Source of the DNA: Patescibacteria group bacterium
Lineage (GTDB): Bacteria; Patescibacteriota; Minisyncoccia; 2-02-FULL-40-12
Length of the DNA stretch: 63,041 bases
Direction of reading: 5' to 3'
Assembly: GCA_038063995.1 (NCBI GenBank)
Contig: JBBTUA010000003.1
Location: 1 to 63,041, forward strand
Shown here: positions 35,568 through 45,117 of the stretch, one piece after another
Position numbering within the stretch: position 1 is the first letter of the stretch
How the letters are laid out: each line of letters opens with the position of its first letter
The notes under the pieces: generated by a model
The model's database searches: none
Seen by the model: the letters and a program-made list of their open reading frames with translations, nothing else
What the model was told of the DNA's origin: nothing
Position numbers and translations under genes: made by a program

Positions 35568-36938
35568 ATGACTAATTTAACCAACGAGGAAATTTGGAAA
35601 ACCGTCCTTAGTGAAATGGAAATGTCCTTAAGCAAGGCGAGTTTTATCACCTGGTTTAAAGACACCAGGATAGTTTCAAAAGAAAACGGCCAGATCGTAA
35701 TAAGTGTTCCTAATGGTTTTGTGAAGGAGTGGGTTCAAAATAAATTCAACAAAAGGATCTTCCTGTGCCTGAAGCAGATGGATGAGAATATCAGGGAAAT
35801 AAATTATGTTGTTGGCAATCCTTTTATCAAACTCCCTGATTCAAAGATTCTGACAAAGGAAATACAGCTTGAGCAAATTCAAGAAATATCTGTTGACGCT
35901 GATATTGACCCGAAAACAAATCTTAACAGAAAATATACTCTGGATAGTTTCGTGGTCGGAACCAGTAATGAGTTGGCTTACGCAGCCAGTTTTGCCGTAG
36001 CTAAAAATTTAGGCAAAGTCTATAATCCTTTATTTGTTTATGGGGGGGTTGGTTTAGGCAAGACTCATTTGCTCCAAGGTATTGCCAATAAAATACTGAA
36101 AGAAAGCCCCGACAAAAAGATTCTTTATATACCCACGGAAAAAATGGTTAGCGAGCTTATTGAGGGGATTAAAAATAAAACCATTGAGGATATTAAGATG
36201 AAATATGCCCAAAAAGATGTGCTAATAGTAGATGATATTCAATTTCTGGCAGCTAAAGAATCAACCCAGGATATATTTTTCGCCACTTTCAATAATCTTT
36301 ATAACCGCAATAAACAAATTATTTTGTCCTCGGATCGGCCCCCAAAGGCGCTTTCCGCAATGGAAGAAAGATTAAAATCCAGGTTTGAGGGGGGAATGAT
36401 AGCCGATGTTGGAATTCCGGATTATGAAATGAGGCTCGCTATTTTAAAAACCAAAATGAGGGACAAGCCGATTTCCCTGCCCGATGAAATTCTTCAGTAC
36501 ATCGCCACCAATATCCAGAAGAATATAAGAGAACTGGAGGGCGCCCTAAATAGAATAGTCGCCGTTATAGACCTTACCGGAAGAGAACCTAATTTACGCG
36601 ACGTAGAAAAACTTTTAAAAGCCTACATCCAGGCAAGCTATCGAAAAACAAGCGCTCAGACAATAATTAAAACCGTTTGTGATTTTTATGGAATTTCTTT
36701 GAATGAGCTCCTTAAAAAAAGCAGGAAGACTTTTTTGGTTAAACCCCGTCAAATTGCAATGTACTTATTGCGCGAGGATACAAAATCATCTTTCCCTGAT
36801 ATTGGAAGCCGTCTCGGAGGAAAAGACCATTCGACGGTGATTCACGCCTACAGGAAAATAATCGAAGAAGTAGACAGCAATGAAAATTTAAAACAAGAGA
36901 TAAATTTAATAAGAGAAAGGATATATAATAAGGCTTGA
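35568..36938 (+). CDS. dnaA: chromosomal replication initiator protein DnaA
   Basis: Walker A GGVGLGKTHLL, DDIQFL, C-terminal DNA-binding helix (GGKDHSTVIHA). Confidence 0.96.
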   Translation: MTNLTNEEIWKTVLSEMEMSLSKASFITWFKDTRIVSKENGQIVISVPNGFVKEWVQNKFNKRIFLCLKQMDENIREINYVVGNPFIKLPDSKILTKEIQLEQIQEISVDADIDPKTNLNRKYTLDSFVVGTSNELAYAASFAVAKNLGKVYNPLFVYGGVGLGKTHLLQGIANKILKESPDKKILYIPTEKMVSELIEGIKNKTIEDIKMKYAQKDVLIVDDIQFLAAKESTQDIFFATFNNLYNRNKQIILSSDRPPKALSAMEERLKSRFEGGMIADVGIPDYEMRLAILKTKMRDKPISLPDEILQYIATNIQKNIRELEGALNRIVAVIDLTGREPNLRDVEKLLKAYIQASYRKTSAQTIIKTVCDFYGISLNELLKKSRKTFLVKPRQIAMYLLREDTKSSFPDIGSRLGGKDHSTVIHAYRKIIEEVDSNENLKQEINLIRERIYNKA

Positions 36939-37153
36939 TAAGTTGTAAATAAAGTTGTTGGTTTCTACTTGTTAATTCTGGATTGAAAGTTATTAATATT
37001 GAACAGGCTTTTAAAAAATTAAACAAAGTAAGACTTTTATGAATAACTTATTAAGAAGCAATTAGATCGATTTTTCTTCTTGAAATCTGAAAAAAATAAA
37101 AATATGATCACTTATAAACAATCCTTATTATTATAAATCTGAATATAAATTAT
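36939..37153. other. AT-rich dnaA-dnaN intergenic region, candidate DNA-unwinding part of oriC
   Basis: 215 bp of very AT-rich non-coding DNA between dnaA and dnaN. Confidence 0.3.
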
Positions 37154-38254
37154 ATGAAAATAATAATAACAACTAAGAATCTTCAACGGGGGTTAAATGC
37201 GATAAAAAATATTACAGGCAAAAATTTAAATTTGCCTATTTTGAATACAATCCTTCTTTCTTTTAAAAACAGTCAATTAAATCTTTCGGCTACAAATTTG
37301 GAACTCGGAATAAATTATTATTTAAGCGCTTCCACCGAAGGCGAAGGTAAAATTGCTGTCCCGTCAAAAATATTAGCCGATTTTGTTTCAAGCATCAGGG
37401 ATGAAAAAGTCGAAATTACCCAAAAAGAAAACTCTTTGAACATTCAAAGCGCAAATTTTAAGACCAAAATAATAGGCTTTGATCCCAAAGATTTTCCTTT
37501 GATTCCGAAACTAAAAAAAGATTCTTTGGTGGCCTTGCCTGCCAAGATACTAAAAAACTCACTAGCTTCGGTTTTTGATTCAATATCTCTTTCCCAGACA
37601 AGGCCGGAATTGGGCGGAGTTTTTATTAATATAGACAAATCAAAAATATTTTTTGCTTCAACCGACAGTTTCAGGCTTACCGAAAAAATTATTTCTTTGC
37701 CTTCCAGAAAGACAATTTCCGTAATAATTCCAAGAAATACAGTAGCCGAACTCATCAGAATTTTAAGCGATTACGAAAAAGAGGTTTCCGTAAATATAGA
37801 AGAAAATCAAATCCAGTTTTTTTCGGAAGATTTTGATATAGTTTCAAGGCTTATAGACGGCCGCTACCCGGATTATCAGAAAGTGATTCCTTCCAGGTCA
37901 ATTTCGCAGATATTCTTTAAAAAAGAAGATCTTAATAACAACATAAAAATGGCCGGCTTATTTTCCAGCAATATAAACGACGTTGGTTTAAGAGTTGATA
38001 AAAAAGAAGCCGTCGTTTTTTCAAAAAATTCAGACAGAGGCGAGTTTAACTCAAGAGTTAAGAGCACGGCCGCTATCCAAATTGAAGAACCATTCGAAAT
38101 TTTATTGAATTACAATTATCTGGTAGACGGCCTTAAAAACATTCCTTCGGAAGATGTTGTTTTGGAATACACCGGGGAGGGAGCTCCCGTAGTTTTAAAG
38201 CCAAAAGAACAGGATCTTAGTTTCACCTATTTGATTATGCCCCTTAAAACGTAA
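37154..38254 (+). CDS. dnaN: DNA polymerase III beta sliding clamp
   Basis: 366 aa; three-domain clamp pattern, follows dnaA; C-terminal MPL.. Confidence 0.93.
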   Translation: MKIIITTKNLQRGLNAIKNITGKNLNLPILNTILLSFKNSQLNLSATNLELGINYYLSASTEGEGKIAVPSKILADFVSSIRDEKVEITQKENSLNIQSANFKTKIIGFDPKDFPLIPKLKKDSLVALPAKILKNSLASVFDSISLSQTRPELGGVFINIDKSKIFFASTDSFRLTEKIISLPSRKTISVIIPRNTVAELIRILSDYEKEVSVNIEENQIQFFSEDFDIVSRLIDGRYPDYQKVIPSRSISQIFFKKEDLNNNIKMAGLFSSNINDVGLRVDKKEAVVFSKNSDRGEFNSRVKSTAAIQIEEPFEILLNYNYLVDGLKNIPSEDVVLEYTGEGAPVVLKPKEQDLSFTYLIMPLKT

Positions 38255-38285
38255 TAATATTTCGATATATCGATATTTCGAGTAA

Positions 38286-39344
38286 ATGGAAATAAAAAAT
38301 TTAAAAGATGAAGAAAGGGGCCTCTATTCAGATTTTTTATTCAATTCCAAATACAAAGATATTCTCCAATCCTGGGAATGGGGGGATGTTAAATCTAAAT
38401 TTAACTGGAAAGCCGAAAGGCTCGGTTTTTTTAAAGACGGAAAACTGATCGGAGTAGCCCAGATTTTGGAAAGAAGACTGCCTTTAGGTTTTTCGATTTT
38501 TTATATGCCAAGAGGCCCGATTTTCGACTGGGAAGATAAAGAACTGATTAAAAAAGCAATTCCCCTTCTTGCAAAAGAAATAAGAGAAAAAGCTAAAACA
38601 AAAAAAACTCTTTTTCTTCGACTCGAACCGCCGATAAAAAAAGATGAGGATATCGAGCTTCTTTTCAAAGAGCAGGGCTTTAATAAATATTTTAAGACAG
38701 TTCAGCCTCCCTCAACCCTATTGATTGATCTAAGCCCGGCCGAAGAAGAGCTTTTTAAAAATTTAAGAAGAACAGCCAGGAATTTGATAAACCGGTCTGA
38801 AAAAGAAGGTCTTTCTGTGGATGTTTTGACAGGAGATCAGATAACGGAAAATCATTTAAAAAGTTTTTACAATCTTTATCGAATCACAGGGAAAAGATTT
38901 TCTTTTCCCTTAAGACCATACAGGCAGTTTTCAACTATTGCCGGGGAAATGTCAGAAGGCGGCCGGATCAGATTTTATTTAGCAAAAGTAAAAGGCCTGA
39001 CTTTGGCCTATGGGATTGTTCTTTTGTCCAAAGATAAGGCTTTTTACATTTGGGGAGGTACGGTCAGGCACCCAGATTATAGTAAATTTTTAAATTACGG
39101 TTATATTTGGGGGATGCTTAGGGACCTAAAAAAAACAGGCGTTAAGGTTTTTGATTTTTGGGGATTGGGCCCGGAGAATGATAAGAATCATCCCTGGCAA
39201 GGTTTTTCCCTTTTTAAGACGGCTTTTGGCGGAGAGCGATTCGACTATATCGGCGCTTTTGATCTGCCTCTTTCCAGATTTTATAACCTGTTCAGGCTGG
39301 CTGACAGGATTCTCACGCCTAAATACAGGGCTACTAGCAGCTAG
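38286..39344 (+). CDS. FemAB-family peptidoglycan interpeptide-bridge peptidyltransferase
   Basis: 352 aa; FLQSWEWG-like motif (ILQSWEWGDVK) and two GNAT-like halves; adjacent to a class A PBP. Confidence 0.75.
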   Translation: MEIKNLKDEERGLYSDFLFNSKYKDILQSWEWGDVKSKFNWKAERLGFFKDGKLIGVAQILERRLPLGFSIFYMPRGPIFDWEDKELIKKAIPLLAKEIREKAKTKKTLFLRLEPPIKKDEDIELLFKEQGFNKYFKTVQPPSTLLIDLSPAEEELFKNLRRTARNLINRSEKEGLSVDVLTGDQITENHLKSFYNLYRITGKRFSFPLRPYRQFSTIAGEMSEGGRIRFYLAKVKGLTLAYGIVLLSKDKAFYIWGGTVRHPDYSKFLNYGYIWGMLRDLKKTGVKVFDFWGLGPENDKNHPWQGFSLFKTAFGGERFDYIGAFDLPLSRFYNLFRLADRILTPKYRATSS

Positions 39345-39345
39345 T

Positions 39346-41538
39346 TTATTCCGGTTCTTGTTGTTGAAACCCTGTTTTCTGAAATTCTGTTTGGAAATCA
39401 GTATCAATTATTTCGTTTCCACTTGAACCCCCTTGAATATAAGTTCTGGCTGACCATTCCCAGTTTCTGTATTGAGAGTCTTGCCCGGGATTAGATGGAA
39501 ACTGTTCCCTGGGGCCATTTTTATCCAAATAATGGAGGATTGAGTGAGCCTCTCCGTTCCCGTCCAAATATGTTCCGTTGAGCATAATTTTGTCGACAAA
39601 AAGAGGCGAGGGTTTTAAAAATTCTTCTACTGGTTCGTTTTTTAAGGCCTCAATTATAAATTCTCTCCAAATCGGTCCTCCGGCAGAGATTCCCCCTCCT
39701 TCCTGGGTCATTTCGGCATTATCGTTATTTCCCACCCAGACTCCGACAGCCAGGGAAGGTGTATAGCCAATGGTCCAGGCGTCGCGGAACTTTTGAGTTG
39801 TTCCGGTTTTTACGGCGACTTGCCGGTCAGAGATGTAAAGCGGGCTTGATAGACCAAAAAGAAGACCCCTCGCCGAATTATCCGATAATATATCATTAAT
39901 CATTCTGGCTGTTTCCGTCGAAATCCTTCGTTCCGGTTCTGTCCTGTTTTCCTCGATTATGTTTCCTTCCGAATCTTCAATTCTAAGGATCAAAGAAGGC
40001 GGATTATATATCCCGTCATTCGCGAATATTCCGTAGGCTGAAGCCAGATCAATTGGCCGGACGTCAGCTCCCCCCAATACCAAAGAAAGTCCGAAATCTT
40101 TTGTATTGCCTAAAAATTTTATTCCCATTTCTTTGGCTCTTTGGATCGCGTTTTCAATACCGGCGAGATAAAGAATCTTAACCGAAGGTATGTTCAAAGA
40201 ACTTCCAAGGGATTGCCTTAAGGTCACCGGACCCCTGAATTTTTCGTCAGAATTTTGGGGATGATAGCATTCAAGTCCGTACTGGTCTTTAATCTGACTG
40301 CCGTCGGGCGAACAATTCGGATTAAATTCTGTTTTTATGTCAAATAAAATTGTCTTGTCCGTCAGGCCCTTATCTAAAGCAGCTGAATAAACGAGAGGCT
40401 TAAAGGCTGAACCAGGCTGCCTGAAAGAAGTAATTACATTAAAGTTGCCGTCATTCTCTATGTCGAAATAATTTCTAGAACCGACCATCGCCAAAATTCC
40501 CCCGTTTTTAGGATTTAGAGCGACTAAGGCGGCATTGCCGGCTCTAAAAAGTTTTTCATTTCTGTCAGCGTATTTCTCTACTGTTTTTTCGGCTTGCTGC
40601 TGCAATTTCCAGTCCAAAGTCGTATAAACTTTAAGCCCGCCGTTTTGAACCAGATCTTCGCCGTATTTTTCAACCAGATACTCCCTGACCATCATCACAA
40701 AATGAGGAGCGCGAAGGCCGCCGTTTGAAGGAGAGGCAAGTTTTATTTCTTCATTTACGGCCGTATCAAATTCTTCTTTAGTTATTATTTTAGATTTCAG
40801 CATCTTTTCCAAAAGGGCATTTTTTCTGCTTAACAAAGCATCCTTATGGGATCCGTAGGGAGAATAATAGCTGGGAGCTTTAAGCATGCTGGCCAGAATA
40901 ACAGACTCATTCAAAGTAAGATTTTTTGCCGATTTTCCAAAATAACCTTGGCTGGCTTCTTCTATGCCGAAGATATTTGATCCGAACGGGACTTGATTCA
41001 GATACATCCAAAGAATAAGATCTTTCTCGAATTTCTGCTCAATCTGAAGAGAGATAATCAATTCTTTGAATTTTCTTGAAAAAGTTTTTTCATAAGTAAG
41101 CAGGGAGTTTTTAACCAGTTGCTGGGTTATTGTCGAGCCGCCTTGAGAAAAAGCCCTTTCTTTTATATTAATGAACACTGCTCTTAGCACTCCTCTTATA
41201 TCCAGCCCCTGATGATCATAAAAATTTTCATCTTCTGCGGCGACTACGGCATTTTTTGCATAGGAAGAAATTTCTTCAAGCGGGATGATTGTCCTTTTTT
41301 CTTCTCCATGAACGCTGAATAAAACGGTTTCTCCTTCCCGGTCAAAAATCTTCGTAGCCTCGTTGACCCGTCTTGTGATGATGCTTTGGGGATCCGGAAT
41401 CTGGGGCGAGAAGTACGCAAATGCAGCCAAAAATGCGGTTACGCCGATAATAAAAAGCCAAAGCAGGCCGATCAGAAGAAATCTTAATTTCAAACTGGAT
41501 GGATTTATTTTAGACAAAATCATCCTTTTCTTTTGCAT
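39346..41538 (-). CDS. class A penicillin-binding protein (transglycosylase/transpeptidase)
   Basis: GT51 motifs EDENFYDHQGLD and GGSTITQQL; transpeptidase SAFKP (SxxK) and KTGT. The ATG at 41538 is preferred over the upstream track start 41640. Confidence 0.9.
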   Translation of the reverse strand: MQKKRMILSKINPSSLKLRFLLIGLLWLFIIGVTAFLAAFAYFSPQIPDPQSIITRRVNEATKIFDREGETVLFSVHGEEKRTIIPLEEISSYAKNAVVAAEDENFYDHQGLDIRGVLRAVFINIKERAFSQGGSTITQQLVKNSLLTYEKTFSRKFKELIISLQIEQKFEKDLILWMYLNQVPFGSNIFGIEEASQGYFGKSAKNLTLNESVILASMLKAPSYYSPYGSHKDALLSRKNALLEKMLKSKIITKEEFDTAVNEEIKLASPSNGGLRAPHFVMMVREYLVEKYGEDLVQNGGLKVYTTLDWKLQQQAEKTVEKYADRNEKLFRAGNAALVALNPKNGGILAMVGSRNYFDIENDGNFNVITSFRQPGSAFKPLVYSAALDKGLTDKTILFDIKTEFNPNCSPDGSQIKDQYGLECYHPQNSDEKFRGPVTLRQSLGSSLNIPSVKILYLAGIENAIQRAKEMGIKFLGNTKDFGLSLVLGGADVRPIDLASAYGIFANDGIYNPPSLILRIEDSEGNIIEENRTEPERRISTETARMINDILSDNSARGLLFGLSSPLYISDRQVAVKTGTTQKFRDAWTIGYTPSLAVGVWVGNNDNAEMTQEGGGISAGGPIWREFIIEALKNEPVEEFLKPSPLFVDKIMLNGTYLDGNGEAHSILHYLDKNGPREQFPSNPGQDSQYRNWEWSARTYIQGGSSGNEIIDTDFQTEFQKTGFQQQEPE

Positions 41539-41562
41539 ATCGTTTATATTATTATACGGATA

Positions 41563-42741
41563 GTGAAGATTATAACAGATGAGAGCAAAATTCAAGAATT
41601 GCTTACAAGGGGCGTAGAAGAAGTTATCGAATTTGAGCATTTAAAAAAACGCCTCTTGGCCGGAGAACAGCTAAGAGTTAAACTCGGCATTGATCCGACA
41701 AGTCCTAATATTCACATAGGGCGCGCTGTTATTTTGTGGAAGTTGAGAGAATTTCAGGATTTAGGCCATAAAGCCGTTTTTATTGTTGGCGATTTTACGG
41801 GCCAGATCGGGGATACTTCGGATAAAGAGTCCGAGCGGTCAGGACTTTCTGAAGAAGAAGTTAAGCGAAATATGAAAACTTATTTCGATCAGGCATTTAA
41901 AATTCTTGATAAAAATCGAACAGAGGCACATTACAATTCAAAATGGTTATCCGCGATCGGCTACAGAGACATTGACGAAATGCTGGAATTATTTAGTTTG
42001 CACGAGTTTGAAGCTCGGGAAAATATTGCCAAAAGATTAACTGCCGGAAAGCGTGTTTCACTTCGGGAACTGTTATATCCATTAATGCAAGGGTATGATA
42101 GCGCGGCTATAAAAGCTGATGTGGAGTTGGGGGGCACTGATCAGAAATATAATTTGCTTGCCGGGCGCGTTATACAAAAACACTACGGTCAATCGCCGCA
42201 AGATATTATGACAATGAAGTTCCCGCTTTTAGGACCGGATGGCCGCAAAATGAGCTCTTCTTGGGGCAACGTCATAAATATTACCGATGAGCCGAATAAT
42301 ATGTTCGGTAAGGTTATGAGCATAGGCGACGATCTTATCGTTCACTACTTTGAAATGGCGACTCAAGTACCGGCTAATGAAATAAGGGAATTTGAACAGA
42401 GCATTAGAAGAGGAGATAATCCGAGGGATATTAAATTGCGCTTAGCTTGGGAAATTGTAAGGATGTATCACGGTGATAGGGAAGCAACTAAAGCCAGAGA
42501 CGAGTGGGAGAGGGTTTTTTCCAAAGGGGAATTGCCCAGCGAAATGGAAGAAGTTGAAGGCGGCAAGTTGGTTGATGTGGTTGGATTAGGCGCCGGGGTC
42601 AGTTTAACTCAAGCCAAGAGATTGATTGACGAAGGAGCGGTTAAAGTTAATGGAGAAGTTATCAAAGAATGGGAGAAGTTGGTTTCAAAGAGTGATGTGA
42701 TTCAGATCGGTCCTAAAAAGTTTGTTAAAATAAAGAATTAA
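41563..42741 (+). CDS. tyrS: tyrosine--tRNA ligase
   Basis: HIGH-type PNIHIGR, KMSSS (KMSKS) and a C-terminal S4 domain. The start is uncertain: GTG 41563, or ATG 41533 which would overlap the divergent PBP start. Confidence 0.88.
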   Translation: MKIITDESKIQELLTRGVEEVIEFEHLKKRLLAGEQLRVKLGIDPTSPNIHIGRAVILWKLREFQDLGHKAVFIVGDFTGQIGDTSDKESERSGLSEEEVKRNMKTYFDQAFKILDKNRTEAHYNSKWLSAIGYRDIDEMLELFSLHEFEARENIAKRLTAGKRVSLRELLYPLMQGYDSAAIKADVELGGTDQKYNLLAGRVIQKHYGQSPQDIMTMKFPLLGPDGRKMSSSWGNVINITDEPNNMFGKVMSIGDDLIVHYFEMATQVPANEIREFEQSIRRGDNPRDIKLRLAWEIVRMYHGDREATKARDEWERVFSKGELPSEMEEVEGGKLVDVVGLGAGVSLTQAKRLIDEGAVKVNGEVIKEWEKLVSKSDVIQIGPKKFVKIKN

Positions 42742-42744
42742 ACA

Positions 42745-42768
42745 AAATCCCGCGATTCGCGGGATTTT
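42745..42768. terminator. bidirectional rho-independent terminator
   Basis: aaaatcccgcg-attc-gcgggatttt, a perfect stem flanked by A-run and T-run. Confidence 0.8.
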
Positions 42769-42776
42769 GTTTAAAA

Positions 42777-42896
42777 TTACGCCTTCTTCTCCTCTTCTTC
42801 TTCTTCTTCCTCTTCTTCTTCTTCCTCCTTTTTTTTCTTCTCCTCCTCTTCTTCTGTGTCGTCTTGCAATAAATACTTAAGTAAGTCTTTTTCCAT
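42777..42896 (-). CDS. possible 39 aa hyper-acidic micro-protein
   Basis: Hand-translated MEKDLLKYLLQDDTEEEEEKKKKEEEEEEEEEEEEEKKA, encoded by a ~90 nt homopurine tract. The SD is weak and a terminator follows. Confidence 0.3.
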   Translation of the reverse strand: MEKDLLKYLLQDDTEEEEEKKKKEEEEEEEEEEEEEKKA

Positions 42897-42996
42897 AATG
42901 AATAACCTGTAATTTAATCAATCTTTTCGACCTAAAAATTATTGCTATTTTAAATCTTCTTCTACATTTTATTTATTCAAAGAACTCTGTCAAGCC

Positions 42997-43449
42997 TTAA
43001 CCTAAAATAGCTAAGGCCAGAGCATCGGCGGCATCGTCTGGTTTAGGCTCTTTTTCAAGGTTAAGCAGGAGCTTTACCATTTTTTGGACATTCCCTTTTG
43101 AGGCGCGGCCATAGCTGGTTATCGATTTTTTAAGTTCAAGAGGCGCCACTTCAAAATAAGGTATATTTCTTTGGCTTAGAGTAAGAATTATAACTCCCCT
43201 GGTTTCAGAAACCGCTAAGACTGTCTTTCTGTTTTTAAAGAAAAACAATCTTTCTAGAACAACCTGGTCCGGTTTTATTTTTTCAATAAGTTTGACCAGC
43301 GATTCCCGTACTTCCATTAACCTCAAGCCGGTTTCCTTGGCTTTTATTTTTATGGCCCCGTATTCTAAACAGGAAAATTTTCCGCGGTCTTTTCTTACCG
43401 CGCCATAACCGATCAAAGAAGAGCCGGGGTCGATTCCTAAAATAACCAC
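42997..43449 (-). CDS. ruvC: crossover junction endodeoxyribonuclease RuvC
   Basis: ILGIDPGS...GYG N-terminus and C-terminal DAADALA. Confidence 0.92.
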   Translation of the reverse strand: MVILGIDPGSSLIGYGAVRKDRGKFSCLEYGAIKIKAKETGLRLMEVRESLVKLIEKIKPDQVVLERLFFFKNRKTVLAVSETRGVIILTLSQRNIPYFEVAPLELKKSITSYGRASKGNVQKMVKLLLNLEKEPKPDDAADALALAILG

Positions 43450-43450
43450 C

Positions 43451-43966
43451 TTAAGCGATGTCTTCCTTTAGATTAGTGCTTACTTCTTCGACTTCTTCTT
43501 GGTCGTCCAGAGCTTCGATCAGCTTATCCAGTTTTTCTTGATTAGACGCGTCAATCGCGGCTGGCTGGCTGAACATCCATGAGAGGCTGTCGGGCTGGAC
43601 CATTTTAGAGCCGAAGTCATTAAGTATTTTTTTAACTTCGGAAATAGTCCGGTTTCGGCTATCTGTTATCGCTCTTATTCTCAAAGCCGTTCCGCCGGGC
43701 CCCAAGGCTTCAATCGTCAGCTCTTCTAACTGGGCTTGGTCTTTGTCTGAAATTTTTTTGATCGCCCTCTCGATATTTTCTCCCGGCATATTATTGGTTT
43801 TTGCTTGTTCTATTGCCTGGGCCAGCGCTTGATTTGTTTTGGGGTCAGCGCCCTTTTTGGCGGCCAAAGTTATTAATCTGGATAGTTTAGAAAAAATCTG
43901 ACCTTTCTTTTTGTCGGTTAGGGCTTTTTTATGACGAATTTGCTGCCAGCGATTATGTCCGCTCAT
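43451..43966 (-). CDS. YebC/PmpR-family protein (short, 171 aa)
   Basis: MSGHNRWQQIRHKKA..D.KKG..F.KL...I..AAK.G.DP..N..L motif. It is shorter than the usual ~240 aa. Confidence 0.8.
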   Translation of the reverse strand: MSGHNRWQQIRHKKALTDKKKGQIFSKLSRLITLAAKKGADPKTNQALAQAIEQAKTNNMPGENIERAIKKISDKDQAQLEELTIEALGPGGTALRIRAITDSRNRTISEVKKILNDFGSKMVQPDSLSWMFSQPAAIDASNQEKLDKLIEALDDQEEVEEVSTNLKEDIA

Positions 43967-44001
43967 AGAGGAGTATATTTAAATATTTAAATATATAAAT
44001 T

Positions 44002-45027
44002 TCAAACTTTTAAAGTTCTTTCGGCCCCGATTTTTAAATGTTCAAAGGCAAGTCTGGTAGCCATTCTGCCTTTGGGTGTTCTCGTTAAAAAGCCTATTTG
44101 CATAAGGTATGGTTCAAAAACTTCTTCAATTGTTTCTTCATCTTCGGCAATCATAGCGGCTATGGTTTTTATCCCGACGGGCCCGCCGCCGAAATTATTT
44201 ATGATTGCCTCGAGTATTTTTTTATCGGTGGCTTCCAGGCCAAGTTCATCAATTTCAAGCATTTTTAGAGTTTCTTTTACGGTAAGGGCGTCTATTTTTT
44301 TATTTCCTTGGACTTGAGCCAGATCGCGACTCCTTTTTAGAAGTTTATTGGCGATCCTTGGGGTATAGCGGCTTGCTTTGGCTAGCAGTTCTTTACCTTC
44401 TTTTTCTAAATCTATGCCTAATATTTTTGCCGATCTTTGAATTATCTCTTCGATATTTTTGTGGCTGTAAAAGTCGAGTCTGTAGTTAACGCCGAATCTA
44501 GACCTGAACGGGGAAGACAGAAGCGCGATCCTTGTCGTAGCGGCGATCAAGGTAAAGCGGGGGAGTCCTATTTGTATTGTTTTTGCGGAAGCGCCCTTGC
44601 CAATAATGATATCAAGATTAAAATTTTCCATAGCCGGGTATAGGACCTCTTCTATTAGTTTGTTGAGGCGATGAACCTCGTCGATAAATAGAGTGTCTCC
44701 TTCCTGAAGATTAGTGACGATTGCGGCTATGTCGCCGGCTTTTTCAAGCGCTGCTCCGGAGGTAATCTTTATGCCAGAGCCGCGCTCTTTGGCAATTATA
44801 TGAGCAAGAGTTGTTTTACCAAGGCCGCTCGGGCCGTAAATTAATATGTGCTCCAAAGGCTCCCGCCTTTCTTTGGATGCATCGATCATTACTTTTAAAT
44901 TGTTTTTTATTTTTTCCTGACCGACGAATTCTTTAAAATTTCCGGGTCTTAGGGTTTGATCAAACAACTGATCTTCCGGCTGGACCAGGGGAATATTCTT
45001 TTTCTCTATTTTTTGATTCTTATCCAT
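44002..45027 (-). CDS. ruvB: Holliday junction branch migration helicase RuvB
   Basis: LRP..F.EF.GQ, Walker A GPSGLGKTTLA, FIDEVHRL. The ATG at 45027 is preferred over the TTG at 45051. Confidence 0.93.
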   Translation of the reverse strand: MDKNQKIEKKNIPLVQPEDQLFDQTLRPGNFKEFVGQEKIKNNLKVMIDASKERREPLEHILIYGPSGLGKTTLAHIIAKERGSGIKITSGAALEKAGDIAAIVTNLQEGDTLFIDEVHRLNKLIEEVLYPAMENFNLDIIIGKGASAKTIQIGLPRFTLIAATTRIALLSSPFRSRFGVNYRLDFYSHKNIEEIIQRSAKILGIDLEKEGKELLAKASRYTPRIANKLLKRSRDLAQVQGNKKIDALTVKETLKMLEIDELGLEATDKKILEAIINNFGGGPVGIKTIAAMIAEDEETIEEVFEPYLMQIGFLTRTPKGRMATRLAFEHLKIGAERTLKV

Positions 45028-45082
45028 ATATTTTAAACAATTAATCCACAATTTGTGATCATTATATCCTTACTTTCCCTAC

Positions 45083-45111
45083 TTGACAATCTTAGGGGCT
45101 CGATATATAAT
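45083..45111 (+). promoter_or_regulatory. consensus sigma70-type promoter (TTGACA-17 nt-TATAAT)
   Basis: ttgaca 45083-45088, a 17 nt spacer, tataat 45106-45111; it points away from ruvB into non-coding DNA. Confidence 0.6.
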
Positions 45112-45117
45112 GTATCT

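Noticed and set aside
43451-45027. Absence of ruvA between yebC/ruvC and ruvB as a finding
   Set aside because: Gene order varies and ruvA may be encoded elsewhere. This cannot be evaluated from a single window.
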